This document shows, one piece after another, positions 11,403 through 22,768 of a DNA stretch of 64,000 nt. Position numbers and translations under genes: made by a program. Every line of letters starts with the position of its first letter. The first letter of the stretch is position 1. Under the pieces are notes generated by a model that saw nothing but the letters and a program-made list of their open reading frames with translations, ran no database searches and had not been told where the DNA came from. The DNA is from Lytechinus pictus (taxonomy: Eukaryota), in NCBI RefSeq assembly GCF_037042905.1, contig NC_087245.1:25174001-25238000 (forward strand), given 5' to 3'.

Positions 11403-14344
11403 TGAGAGATATTGCTAGGTAATATTGTTTTTTTTAGTTTGAACATTAGAATAGCAGTTTGGTAAGTATGAATATAAAAAATATTCAACGTTTTAAGTCT
11501 AAAGAATATTGGTTGAGAATGGGCAAGGAAATGAGAAGATGTACAAATTCGTAAAGCCTTTTTCTGAAGTTTGTGCAAGGGTTCAAGTTTTGTTGAACCT
11601 GTCCCTCCCCATGCAATATTACAGTATTGTAAATAAGGAAGGATTAAAGAATTGTATAGCATTATCAGATGTTTTTCGGGAAGAATAGATTGGAGTTTAA
11701 ATAAAATGCCTATACTTTTTGATACTTTCCTACATATTTCCAATCTATGCTCACTGAAATTAATCTTATCATCAAGGGTGACTCCAAGAAATTTAACATT
11801 TCTGGTCATTGTAAGATTGACATTATTCATAATTAAGGAAATATTCAATTGATTATGAACAGTATTTTTGTTTGAGAAATATAAAAAGTTTGTTTTTTCA
11901 TAGTTGACAATAAGTTTGTTTGCATTAAACCAGTTAGTAATTTTAATCAGTTCACTATTTGTTTTGTTTATTAAATTAAAAAGATTATGATCTGATGCAA
12001 TAATTGTGGTGTCATCAGCAAATAAGATAAACTCAAAAAAGTCTGATAATTTACTTAAATCATTAATATATAGTAGAAAAATCAAAGGACCGAGAATTGA
12101 ACCTTGAGGAATACCTGAAGTAATATTTGTAAAAGAAGAGGAGCAATTTTTGAATAAAGTGTACTGAGTTCTATTTGTTAAGTAATTATGAAACCATTGT
12201 AATGGAATACCTCGGATACCAAAATTCTTCAGTTTGTACAACAATATATCATGGTTTATAAGATCAAATGCTTTAGTAAGATCAAGAAAAATTCCTAAGG
12301 AATGAAGACCATTATTCATTTTTGTCACTAGTCGATCCTGTAAATCAACAACTGCAAGGTCACATGAATGATGGGGTCTAAAGCCATATTGACAATTATT
12401 TAATAATGCATATTTTTCAAGATGACTAAATAATCTTACATAAACAATTCTTTCCAATATTTTTGAAAGACACGGTAACATAGATATAGGACGATAATTT
12501 GAAAACATATGAGGATCGCCTTTTTTATATAAAGGAATTATCTTACTAATCTTCATATTATCCGGAACATCGCCTGAACAGAGTGACAGATTGAATATAT
12601 ATGACAATGGCATTGCAATAAAATGAATAACCTTTTTAATGACCTTACAACTTATTTCATCAATACCAGAACTGGCTGTGTTTTTCATATTTTTTACAAT
12701 ATCTATTAATTCATTTTCATTGGTTGGATGAAAATAAATAGACTGGCTACACTCTTCAGGTAAATAAAAGGAAAAATCTTTTGAGCCTGAATCAGACCTA
12801 ATTTCTCTTTGAAGATTCATAGAGATATTAGTGAAGTATGAATTAAATTCTTCTGCAATATATTCATTATTTTCAATTTTGGTTCCATTTTTAATAAAAT
12901 ATGAAGGATATTTGTTTTTATTTTTGTTTTGTTTATGTAGTAGGTCATTTATTATTTGCCATACCCTTGTCATACTTTTCCTGTTAATTTCGAGTAAATG
13001 AGCATAGTACTCCTTCCTTGCTTTTCTTAAAATTGCAGTAAGAATATTTCTATACCTCTTATATCTCGCTTCTATGTGAATATTGGAAGAATTGTGAATA
13101 AAATTCTTATACAAACGATCTTTTTTATGTATACATTTCAATAATGATCTTGTTAACCATGGTTTACGAGGAGTATTCTTTCTTTTAATTCTTTTACAAA
13201 TAAAATTCTTATCATATAGTTGTTTGAATTTAAGACAAAAAATATTATAAGCATCTTCTGTAGTTGACTTTGATAAGAGTTCGCTCCAGTCAGTGATCAA
13301 CAAATCATCCTTGAATTTATTTATGGTAGTATCATTTATTTTCCTAGAGTAAGCATCAGTATTCTCAGTAGTGGAGTGATTAACATTGCTGTATTTGTTG
13401 TCATTGACAGATAAAAGAAATACCGGTAAGTGATCACTTACATCACTGTAAAGTATACCTGATTTAAATGTATCAAAGCTGGTATTCGTAAAAATATTAT
13501 CAATTAACGTGACAGAAGATTTTGATATTCTAGTCGGTTTGTCAATCACTGGCTGAAATGAATTACTATATACAATATCGACAAAATCATTTATACATTT
13601 TAACGATTGTTGCAATAAATTAATATTCATATCTCCCATAATATAAACTTCTTTATTTTCTTTTTGAATTTTCTCTAGACACATGTTAAAAGATTCATTA
13701 AACTTATATATGGCTTGTTTTGGATCTCTATAAATAATGCCGATAATAATGTTCTTTTTCTTTGTATGCTTAATCTCAATAAAAATTGATTCACAAAGAT
13801 TTACAGGCATACTTATATCTGATCGAATACAGACATTGATACAATTTTTTATAAAGAAACCAACTCCTCCACCTCTACTTTTCATTCTATCAACATGATA
13901 AAAAGAATATTCATCAGTGTCAAATAAAAGAGGAGTACCAGCATGGATCCAAGTTTCCGTAATACCAATCACAGAAAAATTTATCTTTAATTGATGTAAA
14001 AATAGGTTTATGGAATCTATATTTTTTCGTAAACTTCTTGCATTGAAGTGAATCATACTGAATACATTATTAGAGTTTGCTAAGGATTTATTGAATTCAT
14101 GAGCAAGCCAGTATCTACATGTTACAGAAGTTCTCAAAAAATTGCTATCAGGATCAATATCACAAAGGAAAGAATCATGAACATCATGGGTATCAGAATT
14201 AAAAGTTTCATATAAAGACTGAGAGTTAAGCTCATCAATACTGATATCAGAATAGATTGTTTCATCGTTCTGATATGTTTTGAATTCTTGTTGTAAATCA
14301 GCGTTGCTAAGTGAGTGAAACGGAAATATTTGTGAATCAAACAT
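11330..14344 (-). CDS. LINE ORF2 protein: apurinic-like endonuclease + reverse transcriptase (1004 aa as read; C-terminus frameshifted)
   Basis: EN motifs HFNARSL, IGITETW, GGGV, IYRDP, MGDMN, PTR, IDNIF, SDH; RT motifs YRPIS, QYGFR, FLDLTKAFD, PQGSILGP, LFADDT, KFLGV; N-terminal FPF...DIDPDSNF...CRY segment resembles Crack/L2-group ORF2. Confidence 0.97.
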   Translation of the reverse strand: MFDSQIFPFHSLSNADLQQEFKTYQNDETIYSDISIDELNSQSLYETFNSDTHDVHDSFLCDIDPDSNFLRTSVTCRYWLAHEFNKSLANSNNVFSMIHFNARSLRKNIDSINLFLHQLKINFSVIGITETWIHAGTPLLFDTDEYSFYHVDRMKSRGGGVGFFIKNCINVCIRSDISMPVNLCESIFIEIKHTKKKNIIIGIIYRDPKQAIYKFNESFNMCLEKIQKENKEVYIMGDMNINLLQQSLKCINDFVDIVYSNSFQPVIDKPTRISKSSVTLIDNIFTNTSFDTFKSGILYSDVSDHLPVFLLSVNDNKYSNVNHSTTENTDAYSRKINDTTINKFKDDLLITDWSELLSKSTTEDAYNIFCLKFKQLYDKNFICKRIKRKNTPRKPWLTRSLLKCIHKKDRLYKNFIHNSSNIHIEARYKRYRNILTAILRKARKEYYAHLLEINRKSMTRVWQIINDLLHKQNKNKNKYPSYFIKNGTKIENNEYIAEEFNSYFTNISMNLQREIRSDSGSKDFSFYLPEECSQSIYFHPTNENELIDIVKNMKNTASSGIDEISCKVIKKVIHFIAMPLSYIFNLSLCSGDVPDNMKISKIIPLYKKGDPHMFSNYRPISMLPCLSKILERIVYVRLFSHLEKYALLNNCQYGFRPHHSCDLAVVDLQDRLVTKMNNGLHSLGIFLDLTKAFDLINHDILLYKLKNFGIRGIPLQWFHNYLTNRTQYTLFKNCSSSFTNITSGIPQGSILGPLIFLLYINDLSKLSDFFEFILFADDTTIIASDHNLFNLINKTNSELIKITNWFNANKLIVNYEKTNFLYFSNKNTVHNQLNISLIMNNVNLTMTRNVKFLGVTLDDKINFSEHRLEICRKVSKSIGILFKLQSILPEKHLIMLYNSLILPYLQYCNIAWGGTGSTKLEPLHKLQKKALRICTSSHFLAHSQPIFFRLKTLNIFYIHTYQTAILMFKLKKTILPSNISHFFNKISIFILTIPDKVQNYTIQK

Positions 14345-15884
14345 TTAAAATGGAAATGTAATATGAAAAATAATTAATATCTAAATTGGGGGAAAAAAAA
14401 AAAAAAACCAGGCACACACACACACACACACAAGCACCCTTGTACACACCAATTATTATAATGAGAAGGTACATAAAAAAGTTAAGTGTATAAAGAGATA
14501 TAAAGGCATAGTATACTGCTACACGGTAGACGTCTTTAACGATGAACGGATCCATAATGTATACAGTATGTAGCAGAGATCCAACCATATAAGGTAACTT
14601 TAACTTAAAATGAAACTTCCCAAAGCCCACCAAACACAGCATTTAATGATTTAATAATGGAACATAAACTGAAATAAATAAATCATGGTCATTTCCATGC
14701 AATCTTATACCATTATTCAGCTGCACGAAAGTCGCTTTCCATGCACGCGTGGCGCTCGAATCGAGTCGATCAACGGCCAAACTGGAGATTTCGGTGAAAA
14801 TCAACCAACTTTGAAGTACCATAACTTTTAGGCACGCGAGAACACGCCAATGAGACAACTACCATCATAAAGATATTTTATTCCTCTTCACTTACATATA
14901 ACAGAAGAATAGCCAAGATTAGCGGGTCATACAATGAAATCTATATATCATATCATATACAAAAATGTAAACAAATAGATAACAAACCTTGTTACTCCGG
15001 TTTACGAAAAGTGAATTTGATGAATGAGATATCGGCTGAATCGTTAGACTACACTGGGTGCGAATGTGATAACTACGCATGTCTCCAGCAATCAACAGAG
15101 TGGTGCGCAGCCAAAACGTGTACATATAACTTTTCACTCTGAACTCAGCTATTGAGAAATCATGTAAATGACGTCATGTTATCGGCTCCGAGGTAGTGAG
15201 ATCAAAAGACGAAGTCGTTTGGCTAGGAGAGCGAAGATTAGGAGCGAGGCAGGGAAAGCGATAAAAGTAAGCCTTGGTTGCGTAATCATTGCGGCCTGCA
15301 GGGGTATTTTGGGGGCTGGTGAGAGACTTACCAGCAGTTATCAGCAGGGTGTCCCCTCTCAATTTCACTTCGGATTTGCCTAAAGGGGGCAATAAAATCT
15401 TACTTTTCGAGTTTCATTTCCTTCTATAACACTTCCCTGGTTTGTTCTTGTTATATAGCATGCCTTTTAATTATATAAGAAATGGATTAAATTCCATCTC
15501 ATATCCATCAGTAGTAGATGTAGACCCATTTTTTGTCTTATCATTAGGACTAAGAACTATTTACTGGTTTTTTTTATAGAATTATATTTTGGTTTGTTCT
15601 AGTTATATAGCATGCTTTTTTGGTTATATGCCAAATGGATCTATATAGTTCCATCTTATTCCAATCAGTAGTAGATGTAGACCAATTATTTCTTTCTTAT
15701 GTCATGAAGACTAAGAACTATCTTATTTGGTTTCTTACAGAATTATATTTCAGTTCTAATTATACAGCATGCTTTCCAAGTTACTAGTACATAAGAAATA
15801 GATTAGTTTTGTCTCATTCCTATCAGTAGTAGATGTTGACCTACTTTGAAGAAATATTTGATATGGATGCGAAAATCCATTTTT

Positions 15885-17663
15885 GTCTCGCCTGCATCGC
15901 TGAGCGAGACTATAGACTCCACTTTGAAATCTTAACCAACGTTAAGTTTTTGAAATGTCATCATAACTAAAAAAGTATATGGACCTAGTTCATGAAACTT
16001 AATATAAGGGTAATCAAGTATTAGTAAAGATCCTGCTTTAGTTTTAAGGTCACACGATCAAGATCAAAGGTCACTTAGGGTAAATGAACTTTGGCCATGT
16101 TGGAGGTATTTATAGAATTGTCATCATAACTTCAAAAGTTCATGGATCTAGTTCATGAAACTTGGACAAAAGAGCAACCATGTATCCCTTAATATCATGT
16201 GCGAGTTTCATATCACATGACCAGGGTCAAAAGCCATTTAGTCAACAAAATTTGACATTGTTTGGGGTATTTATGGATTTGCCATCATAGTTTTGAAATT
16301 TTATGGATCTAGTTCTTGAAACCTTGATTTAAGAGCAAACAAGTATCCTTGAACATTCTGTGCTAGTTTCAGGTCACGTGACCAAGGTCAAAGGTCATTT
16401 AGGGTCATTGAACTTTGGTAATGTTGGGGGTACTTGTGGAATTGTCATCATAACTTTAAAAGTCTGTGGATCTAGTTCATGAAACTTGGACATAAGAGCA
16501 ACCATGTATCCCTGAATACCCTGTACGTGTTTCAGGAACATGACCAAGATCGAAGATCATTTAAGGACGTTCCACAGTTATGTTTGTGCGCATTATGATC
16601 TGCGCATATTTTACACTCTGCGCGCTGACGTCACAATGGATGAACAGGTGATTAATTAGCTGTGGGTATGAACTGATTTTTCTCATCATCTGCACTCTAA
16701 TTGCAGATCCGATGCATTAGTTTATGAAGGTAAAAAAATGTAATTATTCCATGGACCATTTAAAAAAACATCTCTACAATTTTAAAATACTTTACTCTGC
16801 AGTGCTGCCAAAAATCACGAATATGACCCCGAGTTTGAATAAATGGTAGAGTGGTTTTGATTTTTTCTTCTCATAGATACAAAGCATTTGGCGCATTTTT
16901 GGTGTTTTAAAAAGCACATTTGCTCTAATGAAAATGCTGATAGTTTGAAAACAAGCACATGAAGCCCTATTTTTTAATGTTTGCACCTCTTAGGTATACC
17001 TTCCTCTACAACTTTGCAAATTTTGGTGAAAATGACATGGATTTTGAATAAAGTGCAGCATTTATTGTACTTTTGTAGTTTGTTATTGAAATTTCACTTT
17101 TTTGAGATTGGGTTTTTGTTATGTTTTACGCCATTTTTAAGAACTGACAGTGCTGTTAGACTTAAAATTGCAAACAAATAGCTCTATAAATAGATTTTCC
17201 ATTCTAACGATACACTTATTAACTCTCTTGCGAAATTTGATGACTTTTTCATGTATTTTGACTGAGTAATAGAGGTTTATTAACTCATTGTAGTGATCTT
17301 GCGAGGTCTAAAAATGCCAAATTCTTTTGAATGCGCAATCCGTAAGAACATTCATTCGGGTGAACTCTGAAGCTCCATAGCAAAAAATCAAGCACATGGA
17401 CCTATGTTAATTTTTGCATATTTTGAATATTCAGGTTCTAAAGTATCTATGTGCAAAGTTTGGTGAAAATGACATGGATTTCATTTTAACTGTGAAACGT
17501 CCTTAAGGTCAATGAGCTCTGGCTGTGTTTGGAGTATTTGTTGAATTGGCATGTTTTATTTTGAAAATAATCATTCAATAGCTGTTTTCAAAGTCAGCTC
17601 TGCTGCTACATGTATATCAAATCGCGTAATGCAGGCAAGACTGCCAGAGGCATTCCACTTGTT
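15885..17663 (+). mobile_element. Helentron-associated non-autonomous element (HINE / DINE-1 / Tsp-like), copy 1, interrupted
   Basis: 5' TTTT|GTCTCGCCTGCA..GCGAGAC hairpin; ~162-bp internal tandem units; 3' TGCAGGCAAGAC + CCAGAGGCATTCCACTTGTT; homologous to the 33287 and 40031 copies. Confidence 0.85.
16565..17502. mobile_element. Kolobok-like non-autonomous DNA transposon nested in HINE copy 1
   Basis: 16-bp TIR GGACGTTCCACAGTTA / TAACTGTGAAACGTCC (1 mismatch); TTAA TSD at 16561-16564 and 17503-17506; purine-purine terminus; internal ~90-bp duplication (about 16952-17045 and 17390-17482). Confidence 0.88.
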
Positions 17664-18629
17664 TATTTGTTATTATTTACCACATCCGTTTTAGATTATT
17701 CATTTCTAAGAGAGGAATATTTTATCACCATTCTGTGAGCAGTAGATGTTGACCTACCGATATTAAAAAAATCTTATTTGATTGGGACTTTAAACATTTA
17801 TGTATGGTCTATGACTGACAGTGAGTTTATGTAGGAAGTTATCAACACCATCACTCTTTTAGTAGAGAAAGTTGACTTATTTCTTTCTTTCTCAATATTT
17901 TTTAGGTCAATAAGTGATATTTCATTTATGAATTGATAAATAGTATGAAAAAATTTAAACTTTATAACAAGGACAAGTGATTTGAAGTCATAGGGATCTA
18001 CATTTACAAAATATGATTGATTAGATAAGGGAATATTTTATTAAAGAAACTTACAAAAATAGAAAAGAGAAGATAAAAAATATGGAAGGTGAAGATATTT
18101 TTATTGTGAAAAGGATACTGAATTGGAATATAGAGGATAATGAATTCGAAATGAAAATATAATATTCAGGTGAGAAGTGAAAATATGATGGATGAAAAGA
18201 AAAATGAAAAGCTAAAATAAATAGAAATACAAACAAAAAATACTCTACCAACCCTGTCAGAAGAAATAACCATTCTTTAATATACTGACCTCGTTGGTTG
18301 ACTATAGGAATGCTGTGTGAATTGTACTGATATGAACGTTAGATAGCTGACCAAGTTAAGTGAAGCGGGCTCAATCTGTAATCTGTGTAGGAGAAGGGGA
18401 TACAGCTATCTCTGTATAAACATGCCATAGGTTTGGTTTGGATCACTGCTAGAGTATTCAATACTGATTCACACTCTAAGAATATAATGGAACATTCACA
18501 TTAGAGGAAATTTGTGTAAACTAAAGTTAGAGGGATGCTCTGCTTACAAAAGTATAGCTCATTTGAATAAAAAGTAGTGATTATTAAAGCTGCATGTAGG
18601 AAATGTCTTGAGATAATATTTCGTTTTAT

Positions 18630-18740
18630 TTGATTGTTAGTTTTGTTGTTATTATTAGTATTATTGCTACTTTTCCTATTATTATTATTATCATTATTAC
18701 TATTATTATCATTATTGTTGTTGCTGTTGTTATTCATATT
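18630..18740. repeat. Imperfect (ATT/GTT)n microsatellite
   Basis: Direct inspection. Confidence 0.8.
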
Positions 18741-20569
18741 CTGGGGTGGGTGGAAGGAGATCAGATGTCTTGTTTAATAATCTATAGAGTCCACAGACAG
18801 TGGGCCATTTCGCATAATGAAGTATCTGCTAAAGCTTAACCAACTTTTTTATGTTTTGAAGGTGACGACATTTGCTAAGTAAGATTTTTTTTCAAAAGAA
18901 ATCGTAAAATATGAGCATTACAGCTGATAAATTATAACATATTTACATATAAATTGCCCTTTACAGTATTATTATTCTCAAGTGGTAGTTTGCCCATTCA
19001 TAAAGGGAATATGACTTTTATACTTAAATTATATTGGAAGAATGGGCAATATGTATCACACTTTGACATTCCATTATATGGCAGAGAGCTTGATGTAATG
19101 TGTGTAGATTGGTTGGGTTAGTTTTAAGTGCACTGGCAGATTCCAAGTTATGATATTATTATGTTTTAGCAGGGAGTAAATAGGTTCATTGCGTATATCA
19201 TGCTTCTATACATCTATTTTTAAATGAAATCTACAATTACATTTTGTTGACACGCCCCTAAAAAGGTAGGTAATGTGATTTCGATATTATGGTCTTGTTT
19301 TTTTTCTGCTGAAGACTAGCTAGCTTCTGCAGTTTGAGATGATGATGATTTACCTACATGCAAACTCCCATAATTCAAAAGCTATTGCTTCCTGTCTCTG
19401 GCAGTCTTACTGTTGATGTTTATCTTTCATCTCCTTGCCTCGCAATCCTGACCTATCACTGTTTTATGTGTCCATCAAAAACTCAACTTTGTCGATGGCG
19501 GTGGGAAATGCAACTCGCTGTATAAGTTGTGTATAATTGCACATGCTGGCATTAAAATGTAATGAAAGACTTGTCTAATGGTAGTTTTGAAATCCTGTTA
19601 GAAGTTGTTTTTATGCTGATCTGAGAGATAAAAAAAATGGTAAATTATTAACTGAATTTTGAATCAAAGCAATGTAATTGGTAAATATATAAATACCCAT
19701 TACAAATCAAAATATTAATTGATTTTGAAAATGGGGTTCTACAAGAAACAACCATTGAAATTAATAGATATATTTAATCTTCTACGAGTATCCTTTTTGC
19801 CTGGCATGACCAAGCCTAGAACCTTCTACAAAAACTTTCTGTCCCTGTCTACAAGAACTCCGGGCATTAATAAACTTTTCATGTATGAATATGTTTTTAA
19901 TAGAATGTGAAGTTCTGAATAATGGGGCAATTCTGCAGATTCCCAATTTTCATGCTGAACATGATTAACAATTTCACTGTTTCAGTTCTTAAAAGGAGGC
20001 AAAAATTACATTCCCAACCTCACAGTAACCCTTTATTGCATTACCTATGTTTTTTCCATGCTATTTTTATCTTACGAGACGAGAAACCTCAGCTCTTTGC
20101 CCAAAAGCCATCAGGAAACATCTGTGTGCTGCCCTCAACCTGATAATATTTCATCAACTTTGCCAACTTCCTTTCACATTTTTGGCTCAAACCCAAGATC
20201 ATGTTCTTCAGTCCTTTTAAACTTTGTCAATATAAATAAAAGACTCATGCATTAAAATGTTCCCTTTCTCCTTCGTGTTCATGTACATGATCTTTTGATA
20301 ATGTTACTGTGCTGATTATTTGCCTCAATGATAACCAGTACTCTTTAATTGCATGATGACATTTAAAGGTTAGAGGTTTATCAAGTAGTACATTTTAATG
20401 ATTTCAACATGAATTTCAAAGACTTTGTATGACCTTTTACAGGTCTGGCAATGATTCATGCACTCATCAACTGCATCTCTTGTTATTAGTTTGGGAGAAT
20501 TTGCTCAAGTTAGGTATGGGGGTATGGATCAGTAGGATTTGCTTGTGAACAGTATAGTTTATTTCGCCA

Positions 20570-20813
20570 ATTTCCTATCTTGAAAATTATCATTTTGGTC
20601 ATCTATATCATGTTTATTTACCATTTACATGGGAATGTATGTCATTTTTGAGAAATTAATCCGTTGCCATGGCAACGGCCGAAAATGGCATTTTAAAATT
20701 TACCTCCCATCTTTAAAATAAATCTTACGGCATATACTTATACTTGTGAAAGTTTCATGCTTTAGTCAAAATTTGCACAATTGTTGTGATTTTTGGAGCT
20801 AATCCGCTCTACT
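20570..20813. mobile_element. One end of a DNA transposon (possibly Academ-like)
   Basis: GTTGCCATGGCAAC palindrome and end AAAGTTTCATGCTTT...TGCACAATT...TAATCCGCTCTACTA (TAG terminus on the minus strand); partner end not found; family call is from memory. Confidence 0.35.
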
Positions 20814-20914
20814 ACTTGGGGAAAATACAAATGGAAGTTTTACCTCTTCTTCCTCAATTACTCTTATAACAGGGAATTAAGACTTCATATTTAATTTCCT
20901 CTTCCTTTACAACA

Positions 20915-21935
<1,021 letters not shown>

Positions 21936-22232
21936 CATTTTTGTGCACAGATCTATTGAAATATATATGAATCAAAATTCAGGAAAATTTCAACTTAAAT
22001 TATGAACACTGCCTTCTTATATGAGATGAAGAATAATTTCAAGGTGTATGGGCCATCATATGAGCATGATCATGACATTTTGTGTCAGAACCAGGTCTCA
22101 ATTATCTGCTTCAAGTTAAATCTCCTGAAGGCCATTGCCCTATCATCTACCTGGTTATGTCCTTGATTGAGAGTTCTTACAGTGGACGGTCTGTGATCAA
22201 TATATTTGTTCTGTCCCTACTTCTGATTTCTT

Positions 22233-22768
22233 GGGCCCCCATATCACAAAGCTCAATGATTGATCTGATACCCCTTTCATAAACCCAATAAAACCCAATT
22301 ATGCGGCTAATAGCAGCATAATTTGGTCGTAAAATCAGAGGAGGACAAGAGTTATCCGCATTATTCTGATGCTGCTATTATCCGCATAATAGCGGCATCG
22401 GGACAAGATTTTGAGTTTATGAACGTATTTCCAAATAATGCGGATAATTGCCATGGTGCGGTCACAAGGTCACCCTTTTCCAACACAACCGCATCGGAGG
22501 GGGCGTGTCCAGTTGTCATGACGATTATCAGCCTTTTTCAGGACGGGCGCTCGTAAAAATAATGCGGAAAATTTTCGGAGTTTGTGAACGCAATTTTTAT
22601 TGAATTATCCGCATTACTCTTAGGCGGCTAATTGGAGGATAGGTTTTATTGGGTTTATGAAAGGGGTATTAGGGCTGATTCCTATGATTGATTGCATTGA
22701 TTAATGTCTATGATCAATTGTAAAAATTAGCCTCGCAATCGATTGCTAAGCTGTAAGTCATCAGGGCC
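22233..22768. mobile_element. Old short MITE related to the 4943/38838 type, split by a younger MITE
   Basis: Left GGGCCCCCATATCACAAAGCTC...GATTGATC; right GATTGCTAAGCT...CAGGGCC. Confidence 0.5.
22268..22669. mobile_element. PIF/Harbinger-like MITE (~400 bp)
   Basis: Perfect 28-bp TIR ATACCCCTTTCATAAACCCAATAAAACC / GGTTTTATTGGGTTTATGAAAGGGGTAT; internal TATCCGCAT/ATGCGGATA repeats. Confidence 0.85.

Larger units (their letters stand above)
10589..14665 (-). mobile_element. Non-LTR retrotransposon (CR1/L2 group, Crack-like), probably 5'-truncated, no ORF1
   Basis: EN+RT ORF2, ~530-nt 3' UTR, AATAAA (plus-strand tttatt 10660-10665) then (TTGAA)n tail 10591-10656; the 5' boundary is tentative (candidate TSD AAACTGAA 10581-10588 / 14666-14673). 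Confidence 0.9.
10161..15439. mobile_element. Non-autonomous TIR DNA transposon with P-element-like ends, containing a LINE ORF2
   Basis: Perfect 38-bp TIR CAGGGAAGTGTTATAGAAGGAAATGAAACTCGAAAAGT (10161-10198 / 15402-15439); direct repeat GTTTGTT at 10154-10160 and 15440-15446 (alternatively 9-bp GGTTTGTTC if the ends are read one base inward); CA..TG ends with a 7-bp TSD fit the P superfamily; no transposase ORF. Confidence 0.9.
9590..17760 (+). repeat. Degenerate ~145-160-bp tandem array (core CTATCAGTAGTAGATGTTGACCTA) split by two large insertions
   Basis: GTAGATGT(T/A)GACC at 9924, 10084, 15514, 15671, 15829, 17742 (weaker at 9599, 9811); after removing the insertions the spacings are 160, 144, 157, 158 and ~134 bp. 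Confidence 0.75.

Noticed and set aside
11330..14344. Retron, DGR, group II intron or telomerase-type RT
   Set aside because: The N-terminal APE endonuclease, CR1/L2-type C-terminus and microsatellite tail identify an ordinary non-LTR ORF2.
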